Source: a virus
Virus record (IMG/VR): IMGVR_UViG_3300009305_000018
Length of the DNA: 64,000 nt
Reading direction: 5' to 3' (one strand)
This document shows, in pieces, positions 35,837 through 43,827 of the stretch. The notes under the pieces were generated by a model that worked only from the letters and a program-made list of their open reading frames with translations, was not told the origin of the DNA and ran no database searches. Every line of letters begins with the position of its first letter. The first letter of the stretch is position 1. The translations under genes and the position numbers were made by a program.

Positions 35837-36551
35837 ATTGTGTTTCTCCATTAACATCAATTCGAGTCGCGTTCATTGCGCCTGTCATTCCTACCACGTT
35901 ATCTACCCCTAAATCAGACGATGCATATCCATCACCAGATAAAGGTCCCCATACTTCAATTTGATCACCTACACTTGCCGAAACTTCATAGGGAGGAAAG
36001 ATAGGCATCACATATCCTTGCTCATTTTTAACTAGTAAGGCATCTTCCATAACTCCGAAGAGACCTTCAACTTTTTCAATTTTGATCAATTCACCTTTTA
36101 AATGATAATTCATTCCTTTAAATTTTGATTCAGTTTTGTCGTACAACATTGCGCCTGGTTTAGCGGGATACTCTTCAGCGTTTGCGATAGCATCGGGTTG
36201 ATAAACTACTTCCCCAGGCGGGACTACTTTTTTCTCGGGTTCTGTTTTCACTTCGGTTTTCTTTTCTTCTATTGCTTCGGGTTTAGCTTCTTCTTTTGGC
36301 TCAGTTTTCACCACTGGTGCTGACGTTTCGATTTTCTTAGGTCCGTCTGCTTGCTCGGTTGCTGCAGTTTCGATCGTTGCGTCAAAACCAATAGTCGCTA
36401 AAACCATCATTGCAAATGTAATTCCTAAAAGTTTCAGGTGCTTCTTACGGGTTACTTTATTTTTTTTAATTGCAGAAATGATTGTTCGCACGATGAAGTA
36501 TAAGAGTGCTGCCGTGGACAATAACGCTATGATGAAAAATAAACTATTCAA
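35835..36551 (-). CDS. Two-TM membrane protein with Pro/Glu/Lys linker and C-terminal globular domain (moron)
   Basis: Hydrophobic segments at about aa 1-27 and 40-57; SD GGAGG before TTG; own promoter TTGCCA-17-TACCAT (36612..36584). Confidence 0.75.
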   Translation of the reverse strand: MNSLFFIIALLSTAALLYFIVRTIISAIKKNKVTRKKHLKLLGITFAMMVLATIGFDATIETAATEQADGPKKIETSAPVVKTEPKEEAKPEAIEEKKTEVKTEPEKKVVPPGEVVYQPDAIANAEEYPAKPGAMLYDKTESKFKGMNYHLKGELIKIEKVEGLFGVMEDALLVKNEQGYVMPIFPPYEVSASVGDQIEVWGPLSGDGYASSDLGVDNVVGMTGAMNATRIDVNGETQ

Positions 36552-36630
36552 TTGTGAACCTCCTAATATTTTCTGTTAGTTCTATGGTACTGTATTGTGG
36601 ATGAAGTGGCAATATGTGGACGACTTCCTA

Positions 36631-37233
36631 CTATTCAACCCTGCGCCATCCATTGACAACAAAATCCCCCACATACATCAACATATCTGCCCAAGCAATA
36701 ACAGTTTTATACGGATTTTCAGAGTTGATATATTTCATGACCTTCTTTAATTCGGTTTGGTGTTCCTCGGTTAGTCGTTTTCTCTTAGAGTAATTTCTCA
36801 TAAGAGTGTGGATGAAATCGGGATCACGGATGCTGGCGCTAAGTAAGATTGCGACTGCACGAGAAGGAGTGACATCTAGGGCGAATGCTAACAATCCAAT
36901 GTTTTCAAAATCATCTGTTGTAAATTTAGCGGTGATTCGTTCATGAAAGCTTTTATCCTTTTTACGCTGCAATGAAGGATTATCTAAACTACCAAAGTAG
37001 ATGGTATTTCCAAGTCGCACCCCTCTCCGAAAGTTAGGCTTCAATAATCCCATTACCTCTTTTGATTGAATACCTTCCGCACACAGGATCACCGCAATGT
37101 CTTTGACAGGTAAATCGCATATGTCGGACAAGCGGTAGATGTTTTTCTTTAAATGAACAGGAATCACTGGCTTCACATCTCGCTTTTTATCCGACCTAAC
37201 CTTTCTTTCTCCCCTATCCCCCACCGTTTCCAC
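36631..37233 (-). CDS. Putative tandem RHH-like DNA-binding protein
   Basis: RKVRSDKKRDVKPVI..HLK..IYRL and RITAKF..DDF..IGLLAFALD.TPSRAVAILL; divergent from the ParM gene. Confidence 0.55.
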   Translation of the reverse strand: METVGDRGERKVRSDKKRDVKPVIPVHLKKNIYRLSDICDLPVKDIAVILCAEGIQSKEVMGLLKPNFRRGVRLGNTIYFGSLDNPSLQRKKDKSFHERITAKFTTDDFENIGLLAFALDVTPSRAVAILLSASIRDPDFIHTLMRNYSKRKRLTEEHQTELKKVMKYINSENPYKTVIAWADMLMYVGDFVVNGWRRVE

Positions 37234-37332
37234 CCTCTCTTATCGTGGTATTTGATTAGGACACATTCCGCAGTCCTAACTATAAATCTACTATACGCAG
37301 GATAGGGGAGTGGTATGAATCACTATTTATAT

Positions 37333-37361
37333 GAATATTTGGTTCAATCTACTAATACACT
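37333..37361 (+). promoter_or_regulatory. Sigma-E-like sporulation promoter upstream of the ParM gene
   Basis: GAATATT-14 bp-AATACACT versus the B. subtilis sigma-E consensus (G/T)(A/C)ATA(A/C/T)(A/C/T)-14-CATACA(A/C)T. Confidence 0.55.
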
Positions 37362-37443
37362 ATGTAATGCAACGGTAATTCATTGAGAGTGTGGATGACT
37401 AGTTTGGTAATGCAGGAGTATTACATTATAGGAGGATGATAGA

Positions 37444-38304
37444 ATGGGTGGATTAATACTGGGATTAGATGCAGGGAATCACATGGCGAAGGTGGCAGGA
37501 CCTTACGGGGTGGATTCATATAGAACAGCCATCTGTGATTGGTTCGAACGGGATGTAGAAGAGTCATTCGGTAACGATGATATGGAATTTGAAATCTGTG
37601 GCAGAAAAGGGTTTGCAGGATCCATTGCTGAACATGAGGATGAATTCGGTGGTGGTTCAATGTTTGGCGATACCAAGGCGCATGAGGATACGAAAATAAG
37701 AGTGCTACTAGCAATCGTTCGTTATGTTAAAAAATACTGTCCACAAGAATACTCAGTAAAAATAGTGGTCGGGCAGCCAGTGAAAACACATAAGGAATCC
37801 GAGAAAAAGAAAATCAAGGATATGTTAATTGGTCATCATAATTTTGTAGTAAACGGCGCTCATAAAAATATAACCATTGAAGCGGTAGAGGTAGCTACAG
37901 AGGGTGGTGGTGCGTTCTGGTCAAACCCCGACAATGGCACGATTAGAGTATTAGACATAGGTAGCGGCACGGTGAATGCGGTCACGACAAAAGATAAGAA
38001 GTTCATTAATAATTCGTCGGAGACATTTAACTTTGGCGTCGAAACGATTAAAAATAAAGCTGATTTAGATGGGTTGTCCCGCGGTATCATCCGAAATACT
38101 ACTAAATTGAAGTGGCATAAGAATGACCGGGTATACGTCTGTGGAGGGATAGCAGAACAAATAGCGCCTTATATAGAAGAACACTATGCAAATTCAGAGG
38201 TGGTCTATCCACAGTTGCAGTGCCAGGACGGTGTTATCGCGGTTCAATCTGTGTTTGCTAACGCGGTAGGATTCTATAACATCGCAAAGGGTGTTTACAG
38301 ATGA
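37444..38304 (+). CDS. parM: ParM/StbA-family actin-like ATPase
   Basis: Phosphate 1 GLDAGN, connect EGGGA, phosphate 2 LDIGSGT, adenosine CGGIA, connect 2 NAVGFY. Confidence 0.9.
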   Translation: MGGLILGLDAGNHMAKVAGPYGVDSYRTAICDWFERDVEESFGNDDMEFEICGRKGFAGSIAEHEDEFGGGSMFGDTKAHEDTKIRVLLAIVRYVKKYCPQEYSVKIVVGQPVKTHKESEKKKIKDMLIGHHNFVVNGAHKNITIEAVEVATEGGGAFWSNPDNGTIRVLDIGSGTVNAVTTKDKKFINNSSETFNFGVETIKNKADLDGLSRGIIRNTTKLKWHKNDRVYVCGGIAEQIAPYIEEHYANSEVVYPQLQCQDGVIAVQSVFANAVGFYNIAKGVYR

Positions 38305-38513
38305 GAAAAATTAAGACGACAAGTTTCAATCAACAAAATGGATATGAAGAAAGGTTGCTGGCATACGCTGAATCACCCGAACATGGTGACTATAGCAACT
38401 ACATCAAGCGATTGATTGGACGCGATATGGAGGGGCAGAGTCGCCCTTCAGTGACGGCATTCGTCGGCGCACCTATAGTTAAGGTGACGGATGATTTTAG
38501 CGGTTTCATTTAA
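38301..38513 (+). CDS. ParR-like RHH adaptor
   Basis: KTTSFN...EERLLAYA...YSNYIKRLI.RD; acidic/hydrophobic tail DDFSGFI; ATGA-coupled to parM. Confidence 0.7.
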   Translation: MRKIKTTSFNQQNGYEERLLAYAESPEHGDYSNYIKRLIGRDMEGQSRPSVTAFVGAPIVKVTDDFSGFI

Positions 38514-38787
38514 CGTCCTGCTGAATTAAACGTATTAATTTTATAGCATGTAGAATTTCCTCGTCTGTTGCGCTAATCTTTATTAACTCCACAGGCGTAT
38601 TAAAGAAGTATCGCGGATCAACTTTGTACACATCAATAATTCTCTGTAGCAGGTCAACAGGTATATCGTATTTACCACGCTCTATTTTCGACAGATTGCT
38701 TTTGTCATGGCTAATTTTATCTGCTAAATTTTGAAGTGTGTCTTTATTTTCGGTTCTTAGTATTCGGATTTTAGTACCGATATTCAT
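38506..38787 (-). CDS. XRE-family HTH regulator
   Basis: IGTKIRILR...TLQNLADKI...SNLSKIERG. Confidence 0.85.
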   Translation of the reverse strand: MNIGTKIRILRTENKDTLQNLADKISHDKSNLSKIERGKYDIPVDLLQRIIDVYKVDPRYFFNTPVELIKISATDEEILHAIKLIRLIQQDVK

Positions 38788-38847
38788 GTGAGCACCACCT
38801 AATTCGTTATAACTTATTGATTCGATGAGACGGCAAGGATACCCTTT

Positions 38848-38899
38848 TTAAGAATAAAAAAAGAGGGGGCAATTAAGCCTCCTCTCTTTATTTTTAAGG
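38848..38899. terminator. Long inverted repeat / terminator downstream of the integrase
   Basis: TTAAGAATAAAAAAAGAGGGGGC-AATTAA-GCCTCCTCTCTTTATTTTTAA. Confidence 0.7.
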
Positions 38900-38937
38900 T
38901 GTGTTACATGTGAATTGAAGCTTGCCCTTCGTTGCAA

Positions 38938-40338
38938 CTATAACCGATTGAATTTCATGTCCGTCACTTCGTACTCATAAGCCTTAGGAACACCGTTCTT
39001 ATCGCGTTTCACGCACGTTCTACTGAATGAAATCTCGTTTACGAACAACGCCATAAACTCAATCGCTTCATCTTTTGTAAGTGTATCGAAGTTTTCTAAG
39101 ACCATCCATCTGAACTTTTCCGCATCTTCAACACTGATTTCGACTTCCTCTTCTAATATCTCGTTTTGTAACGAAGCTATTTCTTCGTTAGCGGATTTTA
39201 TGTTTCTTTGGAATTCTTCGTATGTCATGAAGTCGTCGGCATACATTTGTTGATACTTCAATCTCTTTTGTTCTAATTTCGAAATCTCATTCGTAATTGA
39301 TCGTGTGGGAGCAGGGCTTTTCTTTTTTTCTAACTCCTTTCCTTCCAGTTTGTCGTTTTGAATCTTTTTCATGAATGCTTCTTTAATGTATTTTTCATTC
39401 ACACGAACAAAGCCGTCACCATTTTCATAGCATTTGTTGCAGCGGTAGCTATTTTCAGTCTTGACTAGCGTCCTAGAACACTGTGGACATTTTAGCATTC
39501 CCGAAAACAATCCGCGTGTGGGGGCCTGCAACCTTACTATGTTTTGCTTTTCTATCCTGCGTGACAAGTCCTCAAATTCTTCTGTCGAAATAATCCCCTC
39601 AAATGCTCCTTCCACACTCTTGCCTGCATATACAACAGTTCCGCACAACGCTCGATTGCGCAACACTTGTCGGACTGTCTGATGACTCCAGTTCGCCTTT
39701 CGCGTTCTAGTGGGTATATTGCGACGGTTTAACTCTTGTGATACTCCAGCGACGCTACCGAGTGATTTAAATAGCTCTATCATCAATAGCACAACTTCTT
39801 TTTCTTCATCGTCAATTACTCTTTTTTTATCCACAATCTTGTATCCATAAGGTTGGGCACCCGACGCTTCGTTATCAATCAATATCTTTTGTTCCATTGT
39901 TATCGTGACCCGTTCGCCAAGGTTTTCACGTTCCCATTGCGCCAAGAGCCCGACGAGTCCTATAAACATCCTACCCATCGCTGTGGTTGTATCGTAGTTC
40001 TCTGTCGCTGATTTAAAGGCGCACCCGTGTTCATCGAGCAAACTAAGCGTGTCGAAAAGGTCACGAATGTTCCTAGTCATGCGGTCTAACCTATACACTA
40101 GCAAGATATTTATTTTCTTGTTTATAATGTCTTTTTTTAATCGTATGAAATCAGGACGATTCATATCTTTAGCGGAGTGGCCGGGATCTACGTATAGTTC
40201 TGTTTTCGTCCATCCTTGGGATTCACAGAACAATTTAAGCAAACGTGTCTGTGTATCTATTGAGTACCCTTCTTTGGCGCGTTCCTCAGATGATACTCTG
40301 ACATATATCCCGACGGTTGCATTTGTATTGGTTTCGAT
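38938..40338 (-). CDS. int: Large serine recombinase (integrase); probable non-canonical ATC start
   Basis: Frame open upstream of the TTG call and contains catalytic YVRVSS (Ser at 40291-93); D.G.S....RP, VYRLDR, recombinase domain, CPQC..C Zn ribbon, coiled coil. Confidence 0.85.
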   Translation of the reverse strand: METNTNATVGIYVRVSSEERAKEGYSIDTQTRLLKLFCESQGWTKTELYVDPGHSAKDMNRPDFIRLKKDIINKKINILLVYRLDRMTRNIRDLFDTLSLLDEHGCAFKSATENYDTTTAMGRMFIGLVGLLAQWERENLGERVTITMEQKILIDNEASGAQPYGYKIVDKKRVIDDEEKEVVLLMIELFKSLGSVAGVSQELNRRNIPTRTRKANWSHQTVRQVLRNRALCGTVVYAGKSVEGAFEGIISTEEFEDLSRRIEKQNIVRLQAPTRGLFSGMLKCPQCSRTLVKTENSYRCNKCYENGDGFVRVNEKYIKEAFMKKIQNDKLEGKELEKKKSPAPTRSITNEISKLEQKRLKYQQMYADDFMTYEEFQRNIKSANEEIASLQNEILEEEVEISVEDAEKFRWMVLENFDTLTKDEAIEFMALFVNEISFSRTCVKRDKNGVPKAYEYEVTDMKFNRL

Positions 40339-40436
40339 TTGTGGCGCATCCCTTCTATATAGAAGAAAGAGTTTATTCTTTCTCCAAGCTGTAATTGCTA
40401 TCTAGTTGCTAGAATAGTTTCTTTTGTCTAATATAT

Positions 40437-40464
40437 AGAACATTTATTCCTATCATGGTAGAAT
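40437..40464 (+). promoter_or_regulatory. SOS (LexA)-like box overlapping the -35 of a rightward extended -10 promoter
   Basis: AGAACATTTATTCC (core GAAC-N4-GTTC with one mismatch); TGgTAGAAT at 40456-64. Confidence 0.45.
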
Positions 40465-40565
40465 GGGAATATAAAGCAGTCTAATATTTAACAGAAAAGA
40501 AAATATCTTCTGTTATAATGAATTAAGCTGTTCGGCTGATTCCGGTCGGAGAGTAGACGAAAAAA

Positions 40566-40790
40566 CTACTCCTTATCGCCTACTTCGATTTTTTCGTACA
40601 AATCTTCAATTCGACAGTTCAGAATTAAAGAGATGTTTAGCGCAACTTCTAGTGACATCCCCTGCACATCGTTTACGTACTTGTTGATTTGCTGGGGCCT
40701 CACATTCAGTTTGTTAGCTAATTCAACTTGATCCATTTTGGATTCACGGAGCAAGTCTCGAAGTAGGCATCTTCCGACTTTGTAAGCCAA
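40566..40790 (-). CDS. XRE-family HTH protein
   Basis: YKVGRCLL.DLL...MDQVELANKL.V..QQINKY...MSL; SD AAGAGGG before TTG. Confidence 0.85.
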   Translation of the reverse strand: MAYKVGRCLLRDLLRESKMDQVELANKLNVRPQQINKYVNDVQGMSLEVALNISLILNCRIEDLYEKIEVGDKE

Positions 40791-40844
40791 ACAGACACCC
40801 TCTTACTTAAATTGTAAACACAACTAGAAAAGGTGGAGATGATT

Positions 40845-40919
40845 ATGACAGACGAAGAATTGCAGTTACTTATTGATTTCGTAATAATTGGTGGTGACCC
40901 AAGGCTAACGGTGGCGTAA
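40845..40919 (+). CDS. 24-aa peptide convergent on the repressor (candidate antirepressor; not in ORF track)
   Basis: SD AAAGGTGG at 8-nt spacing; MTDEELQLLIDFVIIGGDPRLTVA. Confidence 0.45.
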   Translation: MTDEELQLLIDFVIIGGDPRLTVA

Positions 40920-40923
40920 AAGT

Positions 40924-41322
40924 TTAATCATTACGCATTTTATCGTGATATTCAACCGTAAAACGTATACTTTCTAAAAACTTGCCCCTATCTTCTTCAT
41001 TGAGAGACAGGGTTTTTTCTATTAATTGATTTAAAAATTCTACATCTTTTAAATTCATTTCATTCGTCATCCTCAAAGCGCGTTCAAGTTCGTTAGTCGT
41101 ATTCTCTTTATGGGGGAACAAATCATCAACTCTAATGTCAAACACTTCACTTAAAGCGAACAACACGTCTTGCTCTGGGGATATTTTGCCACGCTCATAA
41201 TCAGATACGGTATTATGCTTTACTCCGATCACCTCACCCAATTCCCTTTGTGTCATTCCTATCTTCTTTCTGTAGTAATGAATTTTCTTTCCGACGTACT
41301 CAGAAAGTTGCTTGCTATCCAT
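40924..41322 (-). CDS. cI: CI-like XRE repressor without an S24 peptidase domain
   Basis: HTH MTQRELGEVIGVKHNTVSDYERGK; helical C-terminus; SD AAGGAG; divergent from cro. Confidence 0.88.
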   Translation of the reverse strand: MDSKQLSEYVGKKIHYYRKKIGMTQRELGEVIGVKHNTVSDYERGKISPEQDVLFALSEVFDIRVDDLFPHKENTTNELERALRMTNEMNLKDVEFLNQLIEKTLSLNEEDRGKFLESIRFTVEYHDKMRND

Positions 41323-41572
41323 TTCATCTCTCCTTATTATAAAAGTCGCCTATAATAATATACCACATTACAAGAGGTTTATTCACCATAAGCGAAGATA
41401 ACACTTGAATACTTCGGTCATTCCGAAGAGGTGAAAAGATAGTAAACTACTAAGTTTATTCGATAAAAAATAGAAATATACGTTAAAAGCGAAGAAAAGT
41501 CTATAAATCTATTGACAACTTCGGTATTACCGAATATACTAGGGTTAGTTAAGAGAGAGGGGGCAGCAAATA

Positions 41573-41800
41573 GTGCAATGGAATTTAATCATCACGCGAA
41601 AAGAAAATCACTTAAAGCAAGAAGATTTAGCCGAATTGTTAAACATTTCCACTGATGCGTACGGATTGAAGGAACGAGGGCAGGTTCAATTTAAGGCAGA
41701 CGAAATGTTTATGCTGAGTGAATACTTCGGAAAGAGTATAGAACAACTTTTTTTACCGTCAAACTTCGGTAATACCGAAAAAATGGAGGTGAGAGCATGA
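41573..41800 (+). CDS. cro: Cro-like regulator (copy 2)
   Basis: Identical to 213-440. Confidence 0.85.
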   Translation: MQWNLIITRKENHLKQEDLAELLNISTDAYGLKERGQVQFKADEMFMLSEYFGKSIEQLFLPSNFGNTEKMEVRA

Positions 41801-42342
41801 AAAACAAATACGAAATTCGGGGTGAAGTAACGGCAATATTTATAAAATCTAAGAAGCACGGTAACTTCGAAACACTTATTGACACTGATGATCTGGAAAA
41901 AGTGAAAGAGGCAAATACGTGGTATGTGAATTTGAATCCTAACAAATCGTTTTACGTGAATGGCTATATCGAAAAAGAAGGCAAAAGACAACTCGTAAGA
42001 TTGCATCGTCACATCTTGGGTGTTACTAAACCAAATAAACAAGTAGACCATATATATCAGGACACCTTAGACAATCGGAAGAGTTTCCTAAGATTAGTTA
42101 ATCCTGCCGAAAACAATCAAAACAAACCTATGAATTCCAATAACACAAGCGGCATAACTGGTGTCACATGGGATAAACGAGATAAAAGTTGGATAGCCCA
42201 AATCACGGTGAACTACAAAAATATGTATTTGGGTAATTTCCGTAATAAAGATCAAGCGAAAGAGGCTCGTCTAGCGGGTGAAAGAAAATACTTCCACTAT
42301 AAAAATTACTTACTGGAGGAGGGCAAGGCGACCCATGAATAA
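41797..42342 (+). CDS. HNH-AP2 endonuclease (copy 2)
   Basis: Identical to 437-982. Confidence 0.85.
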   Translation: MKNKYEIRGEVTAIFIKSKKHGNFETLIDTDDLEKVKEANTWYVNLNPNKSFYVNGYIEKEGKRQLVRLHRHILGVTKPNKQVDHIYQDTLDNRKSFLRLVNPAENNQNKPMNSNNTSGITGVTWDKRDKSWIAQITVNYKNMYLGNFRNKDQAKEARLAGERKYFHYKNYLLEEGKATHE

Positions 42343-43099
42343 CCAAGTCATACCAAACGACGTTAAAGCCGCAATGTGGCAATTCTTTTTAAAAACTTCC
42401 GTTCCGAGATTGATAGAACAGAAGCGGAAAGAATATGAAGAACAGCAAAAGGAGGAAATTAAATGACTGACTGGGGACTGTTCACACTCTACGTCGCATT
42501 CATCGTTGGATTAGGAGTTGCGGCACATTTATTGCAAGCGGTTGAACAGAAGAGGTCTGATAAAAAATTCGAGAGGCGGAAATGAAATGACAGTATCTCT
42601 AAACGAAATTTCAACACTGGCACAACGAATTAAATCAATCATAAACGACTCAGAACACACGGTACTCAGTGTCAACGTTTCTACTAGTAGCACCTTTGTA
42701 CATCTAGACGCTATCAACTTTCTAACTGAATTCATCGAGTACGACATCGAAGTTGATGACGATGAAGATTACCCATACGAATTCAAAGCAAAAAACGGTG
42801 GTGTCGAATTCTCAGCAATGATGTCTGTGGAGGAAGTTGTCGATTTAAAAGAATCTATACCCGAACAATGGGAGTATATTCAGCGGAAAGTGCAGGTGGA
42901 GCCGAATGAACCTACCTGATATAAACGATATCCATCCACAGGAAGAACCAATCCAATTCTTCAAATGTATAGCATGTGGAATTGAAATCTTCGAAGGTGA
43001 AGAATATGTAGAACACGGTGGGAATGCTTTTTGTGATATGGCTTGCTTGTCTAGCATTCTTCTATCAGAAGGGAATGCGGAGAGGAGGATTGCAGGGGA

Positions 43100-43747
43100 A
43101 TGAGAAAGTTAAAAGTGTTGGAACTGTTTGCAGGAACTAGAAGTATCGGTAAAGCCTTTGAATCCCAGGGACATGAAGTGTTTTCAGTTGAGTGGGACAA
43201 GCAGCATGAAAATATTGATTGGTATGCGGATATAGGTACGATCACCGCAGCGGACATCATTGAAAGGTTTGGAGTACCTGACGTAATATGGGCATCCCCG
43301 GACTGTACATCTTATTCAATAGCAGCGATCTCCCATCACAGGACACGGGAAGAGGACGGGAATCTTGCACCCAAGTCCGAATACGCTAAGTTATCCGATG
43401 CAGTAAACGCAAACGTGTTGAAGCTTATCTATGATTTACAGCCGAAATACTACTTTATCGAGAATCCTAGAGGTGGTATGCGGAAAATGGCGTTTATGTC
43501 CGGCTTACCACGCTACACTGTTTGGTACTGCCAATATGGGGATACAAGGGCCAAACCGACAGACCTATGGACGAATCATCCGTATCCACAATTCAAACCC
43601 GTCTGCAAGAACGGGAATAAGGATTGTCACCACGAACCTGCACCTAGAGGTAGCAAAACTGGCACACAAGGCCTAAAGAATTCCCTGGAACGTTCAAGGA
43701 TACCGTCAGAGTTGTGCGAACACATAGCAAGAATATCAGAACAATAA
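43100..43747 (+). CDS. C5 DNA methyltransferase (copy 2)
   Basis: Identical to 1740-2387. Confidence 0.8.
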   Translation: MRKLKVLELFAGTRSIGKAFESQGHEVFSVEWDKQHENIDWYADIGTITAADIIERFGVPDVIWASPDCTSYSIAAISHHRTREEDGNLAPKSEYAKLSDAVNANVLKLIYDLQPKYYFIENPRGGMRKMAFMSGLPRYTVWYCQYGDTRAKPTDLWTNHPYPQFKPVCKNGNKDCHHEPAPRGSKTGTQGLKNSLERSRIPSELCEHIARISEQ

Positions 43748-43827
43748 AAAGAACCGTCTGCAAACGGTCCTAGTTTGAAACGAAACCTATTCACCACCAT
43801 TTTACCACACAAAGGGAGGATATATAC

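Larger units (their letters stand above)
1..41360. mobile_element. Complete temperate siphovirus/prophage genome unit (41,360 bp, circularly permuted)
   Basis: Full module set (lysogeny, replication, packaging, HK97-type head, tail, lysis, serine integrase); position 41361 restarts the sequence of position 1. Confidence 0.97.

Noticed and set aside
37268-37297. Sigma-F/G promoter for the divergent 200-aa gene (minus-strand GTATA-15-GG...)
   Set aside because: The -35 fits but the -10 does not match either consensus
36596-39835. DnaA-box-like sequences (TCATCCACA, TTATCCACA)
   Set aside because: Scattered, mostly inside coding regions, with no cluster or unwinding element
40257-40349. 30-codon ORF MRHKSKPIQMQPSG... 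as the true integrase N-terminus or a separate gene
   Set aside because: Wrong frame for the catalytic motif, and its ATG has zero spacing from the SD; mentioned only as a possible modulator
35835-41322. Arbitrium or Rap-Phr communication system in the lysogeny region
   Set aside because: No TPR receptor-sized ORF and no secreted pro-peptide; the 24-aa ORF has no signal peptide
1-41360. tRNA, rRNA, CRISPR array, reverse transcriptase/DGR, introns or inteins
   Set aside because: No cloverleaf, repeat-spacer array, RT motif or interrupted core gene seen by eye; tRNAscan-SE and Infernal were not run
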